Below are positions 9,999-18,475 of a stretch of DNA of 64,000 bases, piece by piece. How positions within the stretch are numbered: position 1 is the stretch's first letter; each line of letters opens with the position of its first letter. The translations under genes were made by a program, and so were the position numbers. The notes beneath the pieces were generated by a model. That model worked only from the letters and a program-made list of their open reading frames with translations, did no database searches and was not told the origin of the DNA. The stretch is from NCBI GenBank assembly GCA_963674755.2, contig CAXXVS010000001.1:320001-384000 (forward strand). The letters are read 5' to 3'. Origin of the DNA: Desulfobacterales bacterium (GTDB taxonomy: Bacteria; Desulfobacterota; Desulfobacteria; Desulfobacterales; UBA5852).

Positions 9999-10823
9999 CT
10001 ATTTCTTGAACAGCTTCTTGCGGCCCATACCGGCCAGACCTACTAAACCGAGTCCCATCAGGACGATGGTTCCGGGTTCAGGGACGGGTTCAACCCCCCC
10101 GCCTCCTGCTGTGCAAATAATCCTTTCAATGTCAGTCTCAATTGTATTTGCTGTTGTGTAAGTGTAAGTACCTCCGGTTGCCCCGAATGTATATCCTCCT
10201 CCCAAACCACCTACTGCCATTGCTTGGAAAACTGCATCTCTATTAGCTTCATCTGAAGGATAATATGTAGTCCCAATTAAGGAGAATAGCATCACATCGT
10301 TTAGGATAGCCAACTGATTTGCATCATAGGCAGCATCCCAATCCGCTTGAGTTACCGGGTAGCCGTCATCGGTACCTTCGTCACCAATTGTGACAACAGC
10401 TTTAAAATAATCCTGATCGGCAGTAGTATCATCATTCCAGGCATAGTAGTTAATCAAATCGGATACAGCCGGGCCATTGTCCTCACTTTGGTTAGAGACT
10501 GGTGTGCCTCCGGCAGTAACTACATAATCATAAACATTATCACCAAAAAGACTATCTTGTGTAATTCCCATTAATGTAGCACGCACATAAACATCGCATT
10601 CCGGGCAGTCCAAACTATCAACAATAGATTGGATGGTATCATTCACGGCAGAGATTTCATCAGACATTGAGCCGCTGGTATCGAAAGCAAAAACGATGTC
10701 CAGAACATCTGTAGCCGATGCTTGGTCAGTCACATCGCCGCCTATAACGTATAATGCCCAAGCTGATGGTGAAAAAGAAACCACTAATAAAAATGCAACG
10801 AACAGGATCATTACTCTTTTCAT
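9999..10823 (-). CDS. PEP-CTERM sorting-domain protein with a vWA-like domain
   Basis: Signal peptide, MIDAS-like DIVFAFDTSGSM, C-terminal VPEPGTIVLMGLGLVGLAGMGRKK. Confidence 0.9.
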   Translation of the reverse strand: MKRVMILFVAFLLVVSFSPSAWALYVIGGDVTDQASATDVLDIVFAFDTSGSMSDEISAVNDTIQSIVDSLDCPECDVYVRATLMGITQDSLFGDNVYDYVVTAGGTPVSNQSEDNGPAVSDLINYYAWNDDTTADQDYFKAVVTIGDEGTDDGYPVTQADWDAAYDANQLAILNDVMLFSLIGTTYYPSDEANRDAVFQAMAVGGLGGGYTFGATGGTYTYTTANTIETDIERIICTAGGGGVEPVPEPGTIVLMGLGLVGLAGMGRKKLFKK

Positions 10824-10912
10824 TCTAAACCCTCCCTAATTAGGCATGTTGTCTCATATAGAGGCATCTTGAAATGATTAATATTATAAATTTATCACCT
10901 CCCTTCTATTAC

Positions 10913-11030
10913 AAAAAAACCGGGATGCTCTGTTTAGAGCAACCCGGCTGTCTCACGAATCTGTGGCTTGCGCCCCTAAGAGACCCGTAGTTTTCCGTCC
11001 CTGGCTCACGCCAGGTTTGGCTTTTTCTGG
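10913..11030 (-). ncRNA. GEMM-I (c-di-GMP-I) riboswitch with overlapping intrinsic terminator, G20 type
   Basis: Minus strand AAGCCAAACCUGGC-GUGA-GCCAGGGACGGAAAACUACGGGUCUC...GAGACAGCCGGGUUGC, then CCGGGUUGCUCU/AGAGCAUCCCGG-U7. Confidence 0.9.
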
Positions 11031-11041
11031 AGGGGGTATAT

Positions 11042-11057
11042 AGCAAGTGATGTGCCT
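11042..11057 (-). promoter_or_regulatory. sigma54 -24/-12 promoter
   Basis: AGGCAC-ATCAC-TTGCT just upstream of the riboswitch; TTTACA box about 145 bp further upstream (11203-11208). Confidence 0.75.
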
Positions 11058-11496
11058 AACGGCTTATAAGATATGCGGAAAGATTTACGAATGGTTACAT
11101 CTTATTGAAATTAAGTTACAAAATGTAATGAATAATATTTATCGAGTGAATGGGAAATGGCGTGAATCACTGGATATAGCCCTGTAATTAGCAATAAGTA
11201 TATGTAAATTTTTCCCCATATGGAAAAAAATTATTCAGAGCCGAATTGCATTGCTTTGATGAAGTCGTTGCGAAAGGTCTGGCTTATGAAGGCTCCCCAA
11301 GGAGGGCCTTCAACACCGAATAAGCCTACTGGGCTCCTGCCTTCGCAGGAGCGACGGCAACAAGGCGTTTGTGCCGGTGGATTTTAGCCGTTGTGAGGTT
11401 TAAGCGGGGATTCCGAAAAAATAAAAAGCCCGCCCCAACGAACGCTTCTGATCGTCGGTGCGGGCTTATTTGTCATCTATTGCGAAAGGTTGGAAT

Positions 11497-12177
11497 TTAA
11501 TTCCTGAATCTTTTGCGCCCCACACCAGCCAGCCCCACCAGACCGAGGCCCATCAAGACGATGGTGCCGGGTTCGGGGACGGGGGCGGTAGAAGACCGGC
11601 GCAAATAGTTTTGCCCATTTTTACTGTAGGCAACTACAAGGGAATTTGTTAGCTTATATTCGCTCCAATCCATATCCTCCATATAGCGGATACTCTGTGC
11701 TTCCTCCCCAAGAGCATCAGCAATATAACCTTTTATCCCCAACTCCATCCAAATTGCAACTTGGTATGCACTTTGATTGCCGCCGTTGGTAAAGAAAAAG
11801 TCTGCATATTTGGCAGCTAGTCCCAATTGAGCGGTAGAATAATCGGGAACTGAATCAGGGGCATCATTGGCAAGATAACCCGACAATGTATCGAGCGTGT
11901 AAGGTGCTGCCGTCCCCAATGTCGCATCGATGCAAAAGGCAAGCGTCAAGTTATCATAATCCCAAGAATCGCCCAATGTTTCTGAAAAAGGTTCTCCAGT
12001 AAAAGCAAACTTGTATTGGGTGTACCAGTTACCATAGAGGGTGCCTTGATAGGCCGTAGCATAACTATTTTCAAGGTTGATGGGTGTTGAAAATGCTCCG
12101 CCCGGTCCGATCAACAACGCCGCAACCAGTATGGTGCAAAAGATAAAAAGTTTGCCTAAAATCCTCTGTTGTTTCAT
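11497..12177 (-). CDS. PEP-CTERM protein with a Cys/Gln thioester-like motif pair
   Basis: Signal peptide, AFCID ... YQVAIW, C-terminal VPEPGTIVLMGLGLVGLAGVGRKR. Confidence 0.88.
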   Translation of the reverse strand: MKQQRILGKLFIFCTILVAALLIGPGGAFSTPINLENSYATAYQGTLYGNWYTQYKFAFTGEPFSETLGDSWDYDNLTLAFCIDATLGTAAPYTLDTLSGYLANDAPDSVPDYSTAQLGLAAKYADFFFTNGGNQSAYQVAIWMELGIKGYIADALGEEAQSIRYMEDMDWSEYKLTNSLVVAYSKNGQNYLRRSSTAPVPEPGTIVLMGLGLVGLAGVGRKRFRN

Positions 12178-12282
12178 TCAACTCTCCTTTTGGTTGATTC
12201 CTGATATCGATATATGGGGGTCGTTACCCCGGGTTAGTGGACACCTTTCCAGGATCAGGCGTTGTACGGATGGCATCAGCTA

Positions 12283-12298
12283 TTCAATCTACGTGCCT
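12283..12298 (-). promoter_or_regulatory. Probable sigma54 promoter with a variant -12 element
   Basis: AGGCAC-GTAGA-TTGAA about 105 bp upstream of the start codon. Confidence 0.5.
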
Positions 12299-12672
12299 AA
12301 GCCAATCATTATTCTATAATTTTTTATTTACTAATTAATTTAAGTGGATACTGCAGGGTTGGATATCGTGAAATTGTCCAGAGGAGATCTTTGATCGCTT
12401 GGCTTCAGGTAATAAAGGTTATATCGGGGAACTAATTGGGTAGTTGGTTACCCAATGTGCATTAGGCGCTATTCGCAGTCCTTTTTCCCCTGGCGACCAG
12501 GCAATCAATAGGCATGATCGTGGGCGTTGGTGGCGCATGTGTTTTGTGTGCCCTTGCAGGGCAAAGTTTAGGGGGTGATGCCGGGATGCCGAAGAAAACT
12601 AAAAAGCCCGCCCAACGAACGCTTTCGATCGTCGGTGCGGGCTTATTGTCGCCTAATGCGGTATGCCGAAAC

Positions 12673-13158
12673 TTAATTCCTGAATCTTTTGCGCCCCACG
12701 CCGGCCAGTCCCACCAGGCCGAGTCCCATCAGGACGATGGTACCGGGTTCGGGAACGGGCGCGCTTTCGGGAGTATGGTCCGAAATATGACCAAAATGAC
12801 CTTCATGGCTCCATTTCCATTTGTTTGGACCGTATTTGTGCCAGCCGGCCAGGTGATATCGATCGCGGCCGAAATCATCAGTGGGGCCATCGCCGGCCCA
12901 ATTGATGTAGGCGCCCCATTCTCGGTCTGTCATCCATTTCCATCCGGAACCTTGATCGTGTCGGCCGAGATCCTGGTTGCTGCGGATCCCGTATTCGCCA
13001 GAATAGTATTTCAGCGAGTCATCGTTGAAATGCGGCCCGCCCGCGTTGGCTATGGCGGTCAGAGCATGGCCGTTTCCGTTCCAATTCAATGCGGAGGCCG
13101 GACCAGCCAATGCCAGGCATAAAAAGACACCGAATAAACTCCATAACAATCTTTTCAT
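12673..13158 (-). CDS. PEP-CTERM protein with a short Trp/His/Gly-rich domain
   Basis: ATG at 13158 after GAAAGG RBS, signal peptide, VPEPGT...GRKRFRN. Confidence 0.88.
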   Translation of the reverse strand: MKRLLWSLFGVFLCLALAGPASALNWNGNGHALTAIANAGGPHFNDDSLKYYSGEYGIRSNQDLGRHDQGSGWKWMTDREWGAYINWAGDGPTDDFGRDRYHLAGWHKYGPNKWKWSHEGHFGHISDHTPESAPVPEPGTIVLMGLGLVGLAGVGRKRFRN

Positions 13159-13176
13159 TTCGTTGTTCCTTTCACC

Positions 13177-13285
13177 AAAAACCAAAACAGCCGGACTGCA
13201 TTTGCAACCCGGCTATCCGTGCTGTTCGAGATGGGATCCGTGGCTTTCCGTCCCTGGCTTTCGCCAAGTTTGGTCTTGGTTGGAA
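13177..13285 (-). ncRNA. GEMM-I riboswitch with overlapping terminator, A20 variant (predicted 3',3'-cGAMP-responsive)
   Basis: Minus strand AAGACCAAACUUGGC-GAAA-GCCAGGGACGGAAAGCCACGGAUCC...GGAUAGCCGGGUUGC, then AGCCGGGUUGCA/UGCAGUCCGGCU-GUUUU. Confidence 0.85.
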
Positions 13286-13289
13286 CTAT

Positions 13290-13305
13290 AGCAAAAATTG
13301 TACCG
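13290..13305 (-). promoter_or_regulatory. sigma54 -24/-12 promoter
   Basis: CGGTAC-AATTT-TTGCT upstream of the riboswitch; TTTACA at 13433-13438. Confidence 0.65.
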
Positions 13306-13624
13306 GATGGATGTGTTTGTGAGACACTGCGCAGAACATTTCATAATAGGGTGTAAGACATTGTAATAAAGCATAAAAAATATTGTTAACAATCATATTT
13401 TACTGGTGCCTTTGGGGCGTGCGGGATAGGATTTTACAAGGAAATTGAGGAAATGTTTTCATATGGAGCGAAATGCTTACCCATATTGGAAAGACGGTGC
13501 CGTTATTGTGGCGTTCGTTGTCCTAGTCGTCCTTTCCCTCAGGATAATACATGCTATCTTTTACAAGAACGACATCCGTTCCTGTTCGCGCCATTGACAG
13601 CGATCACGACTGATTCTATGTAAC

Positions 13625-13660
13625 AGAAAGGCCCCTGCCATTCTTTGCAGGGGCCTTTCT
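13625..13660 (-). terminator. Intrinsic terminator of the TRAP operon
   Basis: Perfect 14-bp stem AGAAAGGCCCCTGC / GCAGGGGCCTTTCT. Confidence 0.8.
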
Positions 13661-13699
13661 CGTTCTTGCCAATCGCGCCGAGCGATTGGCAAGCAAGGC

Positions 13700-14845
13700 T
13701 TATTTCTTCAACGAATACTTGTCTGCAATCACATTGTAGTAGGCATGCTCGGAGACCGAACCCCAGACGCCGACCTGGGCCTTGAACTTCTTGAAGGCGT
13801 CGTGCACCTTGCGGCTCATGGGGTCTTTATTGGCCTCTTCCTCCAAGGTCTCGTCGGCCAGCTTGCGGAGGTCGGCCATGAGCTCGGGCGGGAACTGGAC
13901 CAGGTTGACATTGTGCTCGGAGATCAGGGTCTGCAAAGCCGCACCGTTGCCGGCTTCGAATTCACAGAGACTCCACATGTTGGTTTCGGCAGCCACAGCG
14001 TCCAGGATCTGCTGGAGATCCTTGGGCAGGGACTCGTAAGCCTTTTTGTTGAACATTACCTCCAGGCAGGTGCCAGGCTCGTGCCAGCCGGGGTAGTAGT
14101 AATATTTGGCGGCTTTGTAGAAACCCATGCGCAAATCGTGCATGGGGCCGACCCATTCCGTGGCGTCGATCACGCCGCGCTCCAGGGAGGTGAAGATTTC
14201 ACCGCCGGGCAGCAGCACCACCGTGCCGCCGGCCTTGCTGACGACCTTGCCGCCCAGGCCGGGGATGCGCATTTTGAGGCCCTTGTAGTCGTCGATGGTG
14301 TTCATCTCCTTGCGGAACCAGCCACCCATCTGGACGCCGGTGTTGCCCTGGGGGCGGGGGATGACGTTAAACGGGGCGTAGACCTCTTCCCAGAGCTGCA
14401 AACCGCCACCGCTGTAGAACCAGGCGTTGATGCCCTGGGCGTTGAAGCCGAAGGGTACGGCGGCAAACCACTGGGCCGCCGGGACTTTTCCAGCCCAATA
14501 GTAGGCCGCGCCGCTGCCGCATTCCACCGTCCCCTCGGATACGGCATCGAAAACACCCAGGGGCGGTACCAGTTCGCCGCCGGCATATACTTCGATTTTG
14601 ATCTGCCCGCCAGTGGCCTCATCCACGCGTTTGGCAAAGCGCTCTGCTCCGGTCTGCAGGACCGGCAGGTTGGGAGGCCAGGTGGTCACCATCTTCCATT
14701 CATAAGTTTTTTTGGTCGGGACCGCCGAGGTTGCCTGCTTGGCTTCTTCCTTTTTCTCCTGCCCACAACTAGCCAGGCCGGCGCCGGCGGCCACGGCACT
14801 GGCCGCCGCCAAACCTGCTTTTCTCAGAAAATCACGTCTTTCCAT
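13700..14845 (-). CDS. dctP: TRAP transporter substrate-binding protein (TakP-like, Tat lipoprotein)
   Basis: RRDFL Tat motif, LASC lipobox, GNTGVQMGGWF, GLKMRIPG, DATEWVGP. Confidence 0.9.
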   Translation of the reverse strand: MERRDFLRKAGLAAASAVAAGAGLASCGQEKKEEAKQATSAVPTKKTYEWKMVTTWPPNLPVLQTGAERFAKRVDEATGGQIKIEVYAGGELVPPLGVFDAVSEGTVECGSGAAYYWAGKVPAAQWFAAVPFGFNAQGINAWFYSGGGLQLWEEVYAPFNVIPRPQGNTGVQMGGWFRKEMNTIDDYKGLKMRIPGLGGKVVSKAGGTVVLLPGGEIFTSLERGVIDATEWVGPMHDLRMGFYKAAKYYYYPGWHEPGTCLEVMFNKKAYESLPKDLQQILDAVAAETNMWSLCEFEAGNGAALQTLISEHNVNLVQFPPELMADLRKLADETLEEEANKDPMSRKVHDAFKKFKAQVGVWGSVSEHAYYNVIADKYSLKK

Positions 14846-14897
14846 ACCTTCCTTCTCCTTTGCTGCGGGTTAAAGGAAATGATACGCGTTCTATGGT

Positions 14898-15042
14898 TGA
14901 ATGGCTTCGCTAAAAGTTCGATCCGTCCTGGCGGATAAGTAGCTGCATCCGCTTTCATTCCGCGCCGCTGCAATTTACCAAAGCGCGCCTCATGACGTGC
15001 GGAATTCGTAGGCCATGATCTCGAACATTCAACAAACCCTCG
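14898..15042. repeat. Degenerate intergenic palindromic element
   Basis: ATGGCTTCGCTAAAAGTTCG ... CGAACATTCAACAAACCCTC imperfect ends; contains TCCGTCCTGGCGGA. Confidence 0.4.
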
Positions 15043-15059
15043 TGCAACCAAGCTGGATA

Positions 15060-16388
15060 CTATTTGAAGACCACCGACGGCAGCCATGTCACCAGCTTGG
15101 GAAAGAGCACCACGATCAGTAATCCGATCAGCTGAAAAAAGACGAAGGGGATGATCCCCCGGTAGATGTCGCCGGTGCGGATTTCCGGCGGTGTTACCGC
15201 TTTCAGGTAGAACAACGAGAACCCGAAGGGCGGTGTCATGAAGGAGGTCTGCAGGTTGACGGCGATCAAAATGCAGAACCAGGCCGGGTCGAAACCGAAC
15301 TCGATCATGATGGGGGCCAGCACCGGCACGTGAATGAAAGTGATTTCGATAAAATCCAGGAAAAACCCGATGACGAAGATCAGACCCATGACAATCGCCA
15401 AAACGGTCCAATGACCGTAATGGTGGGAAATGGTTCCCAGAAACAATCGCACGAGATGGTCGCCCCCCATGCCGCGGAAGACCAGGCCGAAAGAGGCGGC
15501 GCCTACCAGAATGATGAAGACCATGCAGGTAAGCTGCATGGTGGAATTCATGACTTCCTGCAGGATTTTCAGGCTGAAGCGCTTGTTGGCGATGGTCAGC
15601 AGGGTGGCTCCCACGGCCCCCACGCCGGCGGCTTCGGTGGGCGAGGCCACACCGGCGAAAATGGATCCGAGCACCGCCACCATGAGAAACAGGGGCGGGA
15701 AGAGGGCTCGGGTAAATTTTTTCATCAGCATACGGGGCGTAAGGGCGGCCAGCTCTTCTTTGGGGATGGGCGGCGCCCATCCCGGATTGAAAAAGGCCAC
15801 GATCAGGATGTATAAAACATAGAGCCCCACCAGGACCAGACCCGGCAGGACGGCGCCCATGAAAAGATCCCCCACGGGAACGCCCACGATGTCACCGATC
15901 AGCACCAGAACGATGCTGGGGGGAATGATTTGCCCGAGGGTGCCCGAAGCCGCCACCGTGCCGGTAGCCAACTCCTTCTGGTAGCCTCTTTTGAGCATGG
16001 TGGGCACAGCCAGGAGCCCCATGGTCACCACGGTGGCCCCTACGATGCCGGTGGAAGCGCCCAACAGGGCACCCACCACCACGACGGAAATGGCCAGCCC
16101 TCCCCGCAGGCGCCCGAAGGCCAGGCCCATGGTGTCCAGCAGCTCTTCGGCCAGCCCGGAGCGTTCCAGCATAACCCCCATGAACACAAAGAGGGGCACC
16201 GCCAGCAGGGTCACATTGGTCATCACCCCCCAGATGCGCAGGGGCAGCAGATTGAAAAAATCCCAGCCGAATCCGATCAGACCGAAACAGAGGGCCGTTC
16301 CCATGAGGGTAAAGGTGACGGGGAAGCCGATCATCAGCAGGATCGTGAGTGCCAGAAACATCCAGGCCGGTAGGAATTCCATGAACAT
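15060..16388 (-). CDS. dctM: TRAP transporter large permease
   Basis: About 12 TMs, GTLGQIIPPS, SPTEA, FMTPPFG. Confidence 0.93.
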   Translation of the reverse strand: MFMEFLPAWMFLALTILLMIGFPVTFTLMGTALCFGLIGFGWDFFNLLPLRIWGVMTNVTLLAVPLFVFMGVMLERSGLAEELLDTMGLAFGRLRGGLAISVVVVGALLGASTGIVGATVVTMGLLAVPTMLKRGYQKELATGTVAASGTLGQIIPPSIVLVLIGDIVGVPVGDLFMGAVLPGLVLVGLYVLYILIVAFFNPGWAPPIPKEELAALTPRMLMKKFTRALFPPLFLMVAVLGSIFAGVASPTEAAGVGAVGATLLTIANKRFSLKILQEVMNSTMQLTCMVFIILVGAASFGLVFRGMGGDHLVRLFLGTISHHYGHWTVLAIVMGLIFVIGFFLDFIEITFIHVPVLAPIMIEFGFDPAWFCILIAVNLQTSFMTPPFGFSLFYLKAVTPPEIRTGDIYRGIIPFVFFQLIGLLIVVLFPKLVTWLPSVVFK

Positions 16389-16918
16389 CAGCCATCACCC
16401 TCCGATTCCATCTCTTTGCCGAGAATGGTCAACAGGCTCTTGCCACCCAGGGAGAGTCCCTGGAGCAGGATCAGAACAAAACCTGCCGGTATGCAGCTTT
16501 TGAGAAGGAAACGGTAGGGAATGCCGCCCGGGTCGGGCGATCCCTCCATGACAACCCACGAGTTGTAGACAAAAGGGAGCGACGTGGCGATGACCATGTA
16601 GCAGCCCGGAATCAAGAAAAAGATAACGCCCAGGAGGTTGATCCAGGCCTGGGTTTTGGGGCTGCAACGTTGGTAAAAAATGTCGACCCTGACATGCCCG
16701 TCTTGGAGCAGGGTGTAGCCTGCCCCCATCAGGAAGATGAAGGCAAATAAATGCCATTCGAGCTCCTGGGTAAAGACAAAGCTGATCTTGAAGGCATAAC
16801 GCATGACCACGTCGATAAAAACGACGGCCACGACGAGCGCCGTAGCCCAGGCGACGACACGTCCCACCCATGTATTCAACGCGTCAATCCAGCGACATAA
16901 CTTGCGGATCACACCCAT
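16388..16918 (-). CDS. dctQ: TRAP transporter small permease
   Basis: 4 TMs, QELEWHL, GHVRVD; TGATG coupling to dctM. Confidence 0.92.
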   Translation of the reverse strand: MGVIRKLCRWIDALNTWVGRVVAWATALVVAVVFIDVVMRYAFKISFVFTQELEWHLFAFIFLMGAGYTLLQDGHVRVDIFYQRCSPKTQAWINLLGVIFFLIPGCYMVIATSLPFVYNSWVVMEGSPDPGGIPYRFLLKSCIPAGFVLILLQGLSLGGKSLLTILGKEMESEGDG

Positions 16919-17380
16919 TCAATTTTCTTTCGCCGTAGCATAATTTCGGGTTTGAAGCGATTGGATCTGCCGGGTGACGCGGCCGGCCGTTTTGTTTGCA
17001 AGGTTGGCAGCACAGGGGCCTATTCATTCCCCAATGCCGCGAAGGGTCGCGGCAAAATTCCGGCCAAGGCCGGGGAGGATGCAGGAAGGCCATCGCGTCG
17101 CCGACGTAATTTCTTCGCGTTCCCTGCGGCGGCGATGGCAACCCGTTGCCACAATGCAATGAACACAACGGGTTGGGTATATTATGGCTTTAAATGTCCT
17201 GTCAACAGATGAATACCGTTCATTTCTACGTTGCGGCAACTGTTGGCGCGGATCGGGGCTGAATTTACAGGCGGCGCGGCAATGTGCTAAGTTGCATCGT
17301 TCAGGCGCGTTTCTCCAGGGAAGCGGAACAGCGACGTGCCTTTAGCTGGCGGGGGCCGATTGCCATAATACAGGTGCGCA

Positions 17381-18184
17381 ATGGTCAAAATTGAAGAGAT
17401 GGGCATGCCGACGGGCATCGTTTTCGATATCAAACGCTTCGCCATCCACGACGGGCCGGGAATCCGTACGACGGTCTTTCTGAAAGGATGCCCCCTGGAC
17501 TGCTGGTGGTGCCATAATCCGGAGGGGCGCCATGCGGACCCGGAATCCATGGAAGGGCCCGGCGGGAATGGAATTCCGGCGGCGGTGGGCCGGGAAATGA
17601 CCGTCGCCGAGATTATGAAAGAAATCGAAAGGGATGTCCTGTTTTATGACGAAAGCGGGGGTGGGGTTACTTTTTCCGGCGGCGAGCCCCTTCTGCAGGC
17701 GGACCTTCTATCCGCCTTGCTGGCGGACTGCCGCGGCCGGGGCCTCCACACCGCGCTCGACACCACCGGTTATGCCGCAGCGGAAATTATTTCCGGAATA
17801 GCCCCCCTGGTTGATCTCTTCCTTTACGATCTTAAACTCATGGATGACAGTGAGCACCGGACCTATACCGGTGTATCCAATGCCGGCATTCTGGAAAACC
17901 TGCGCACTATAGTGGATGCGGGACGGAGGGTTGTCATCCGTTTCCCGCTGATTCCAGGCATCAACGGCGGGACGGACAATCTGGCGCGGACGACGGCGTT
18001 CCTTAACGATTTAAACCTGAATCGGATCGATCTGCTGCCCTATCATCGCATTCATCGCCAAAAATATGAGCGTCTCGGGTGCCCCGATCGTCTGGCAGAC
18101 CTGGCGCCGCCGGGGGAGGATGCGATCGAGCGGGTGTCGGCCTATTTCACGACCCGCGGCTTCTTGGTGCAGGTGGGAGGTTAA
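17381..18184 (+). CDS. Glycyl-radical enzyme activating protein (radical SAM)
   Basis: HDGPGIRTTVFLKGCPLDCWWCHNPE, GGGVTFSGGEP; start could be at 17399. Confidence 0.93.
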   Translation: MVKIEEMGMPTGIVFDIKRFAIHDGPGIRTTVFLKGCPLDCWWCHNPEGRHADPESMEGPGGNGIPAAVGREMTVAEIMKEIERDVLFYDESGGGVTFSGGEPLLQADLLSALLADCRGRGLHTALDTTGYAAAEIISGIAPLVDLFLYDLKLMDDSEHRTYTGVSNAGILENLRTIVDAGRRVVIRFPLIPGINGGTDNLARTTAFLNDLNLNRIDLLPYHRIHRQKYERLGCPDRLADLAPPGEDAIERVSAYFTTRGFLVQVGG

Positions 18185-18187
18185 CTC

Positions 18188-18470
18188 GTGCCCATCCAGA
18201 GATGGCATCTTGCGGTCCCTGGCCTGCCGCCGGTGGACCAAATCCACCTTTGGCGGACAAGCTGGCGTTCGCGCCTCCTGTCGGTCCTCGGCGTAGCCGG
18301 GCGACACCTGTGGGCACCCACCGTTGAAGAATCAATCAGATGGGAAGTCCCGCTCGGCGGGACGCCCGTCGGCTGCGGTTTGTTGAACACCGATGTGTTC
18401 AACGGCCAGATGTGAAATCCCGCGCTACGCGGCGGGACCAGGAACCCAAATCTACCATCCTAACGGACAC
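18188..18470 (+). repeat. MITE-like repeat copy 2, with two nested modules
   Basis: GTGCCCATCCA start, shared core, fills the activase-hypD gap; long stretches match 31355-31776. Confidence 0.85.
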
Positions 18471-18475
18471 ACACG

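Noticed and set aside
12219..12246. TTACCCCGGGTTAGTGGACACC resembling an IS3-family terminal repeat
   Set aside because: Single short match with no partner end and no transposase; cannot be supported
13700..16918. TRAP system as the hydroxyproline importer for the divergent hypD
   Set aside because: The binding protein looks TakP-like (2-oxoacid/monocarboxylate); adjacency is the only support
18011..18415. Short ORFs inside the repeat copies (also at 31150-31776)
   Set aside because: They are translations of the non-coding MITE-like sequence
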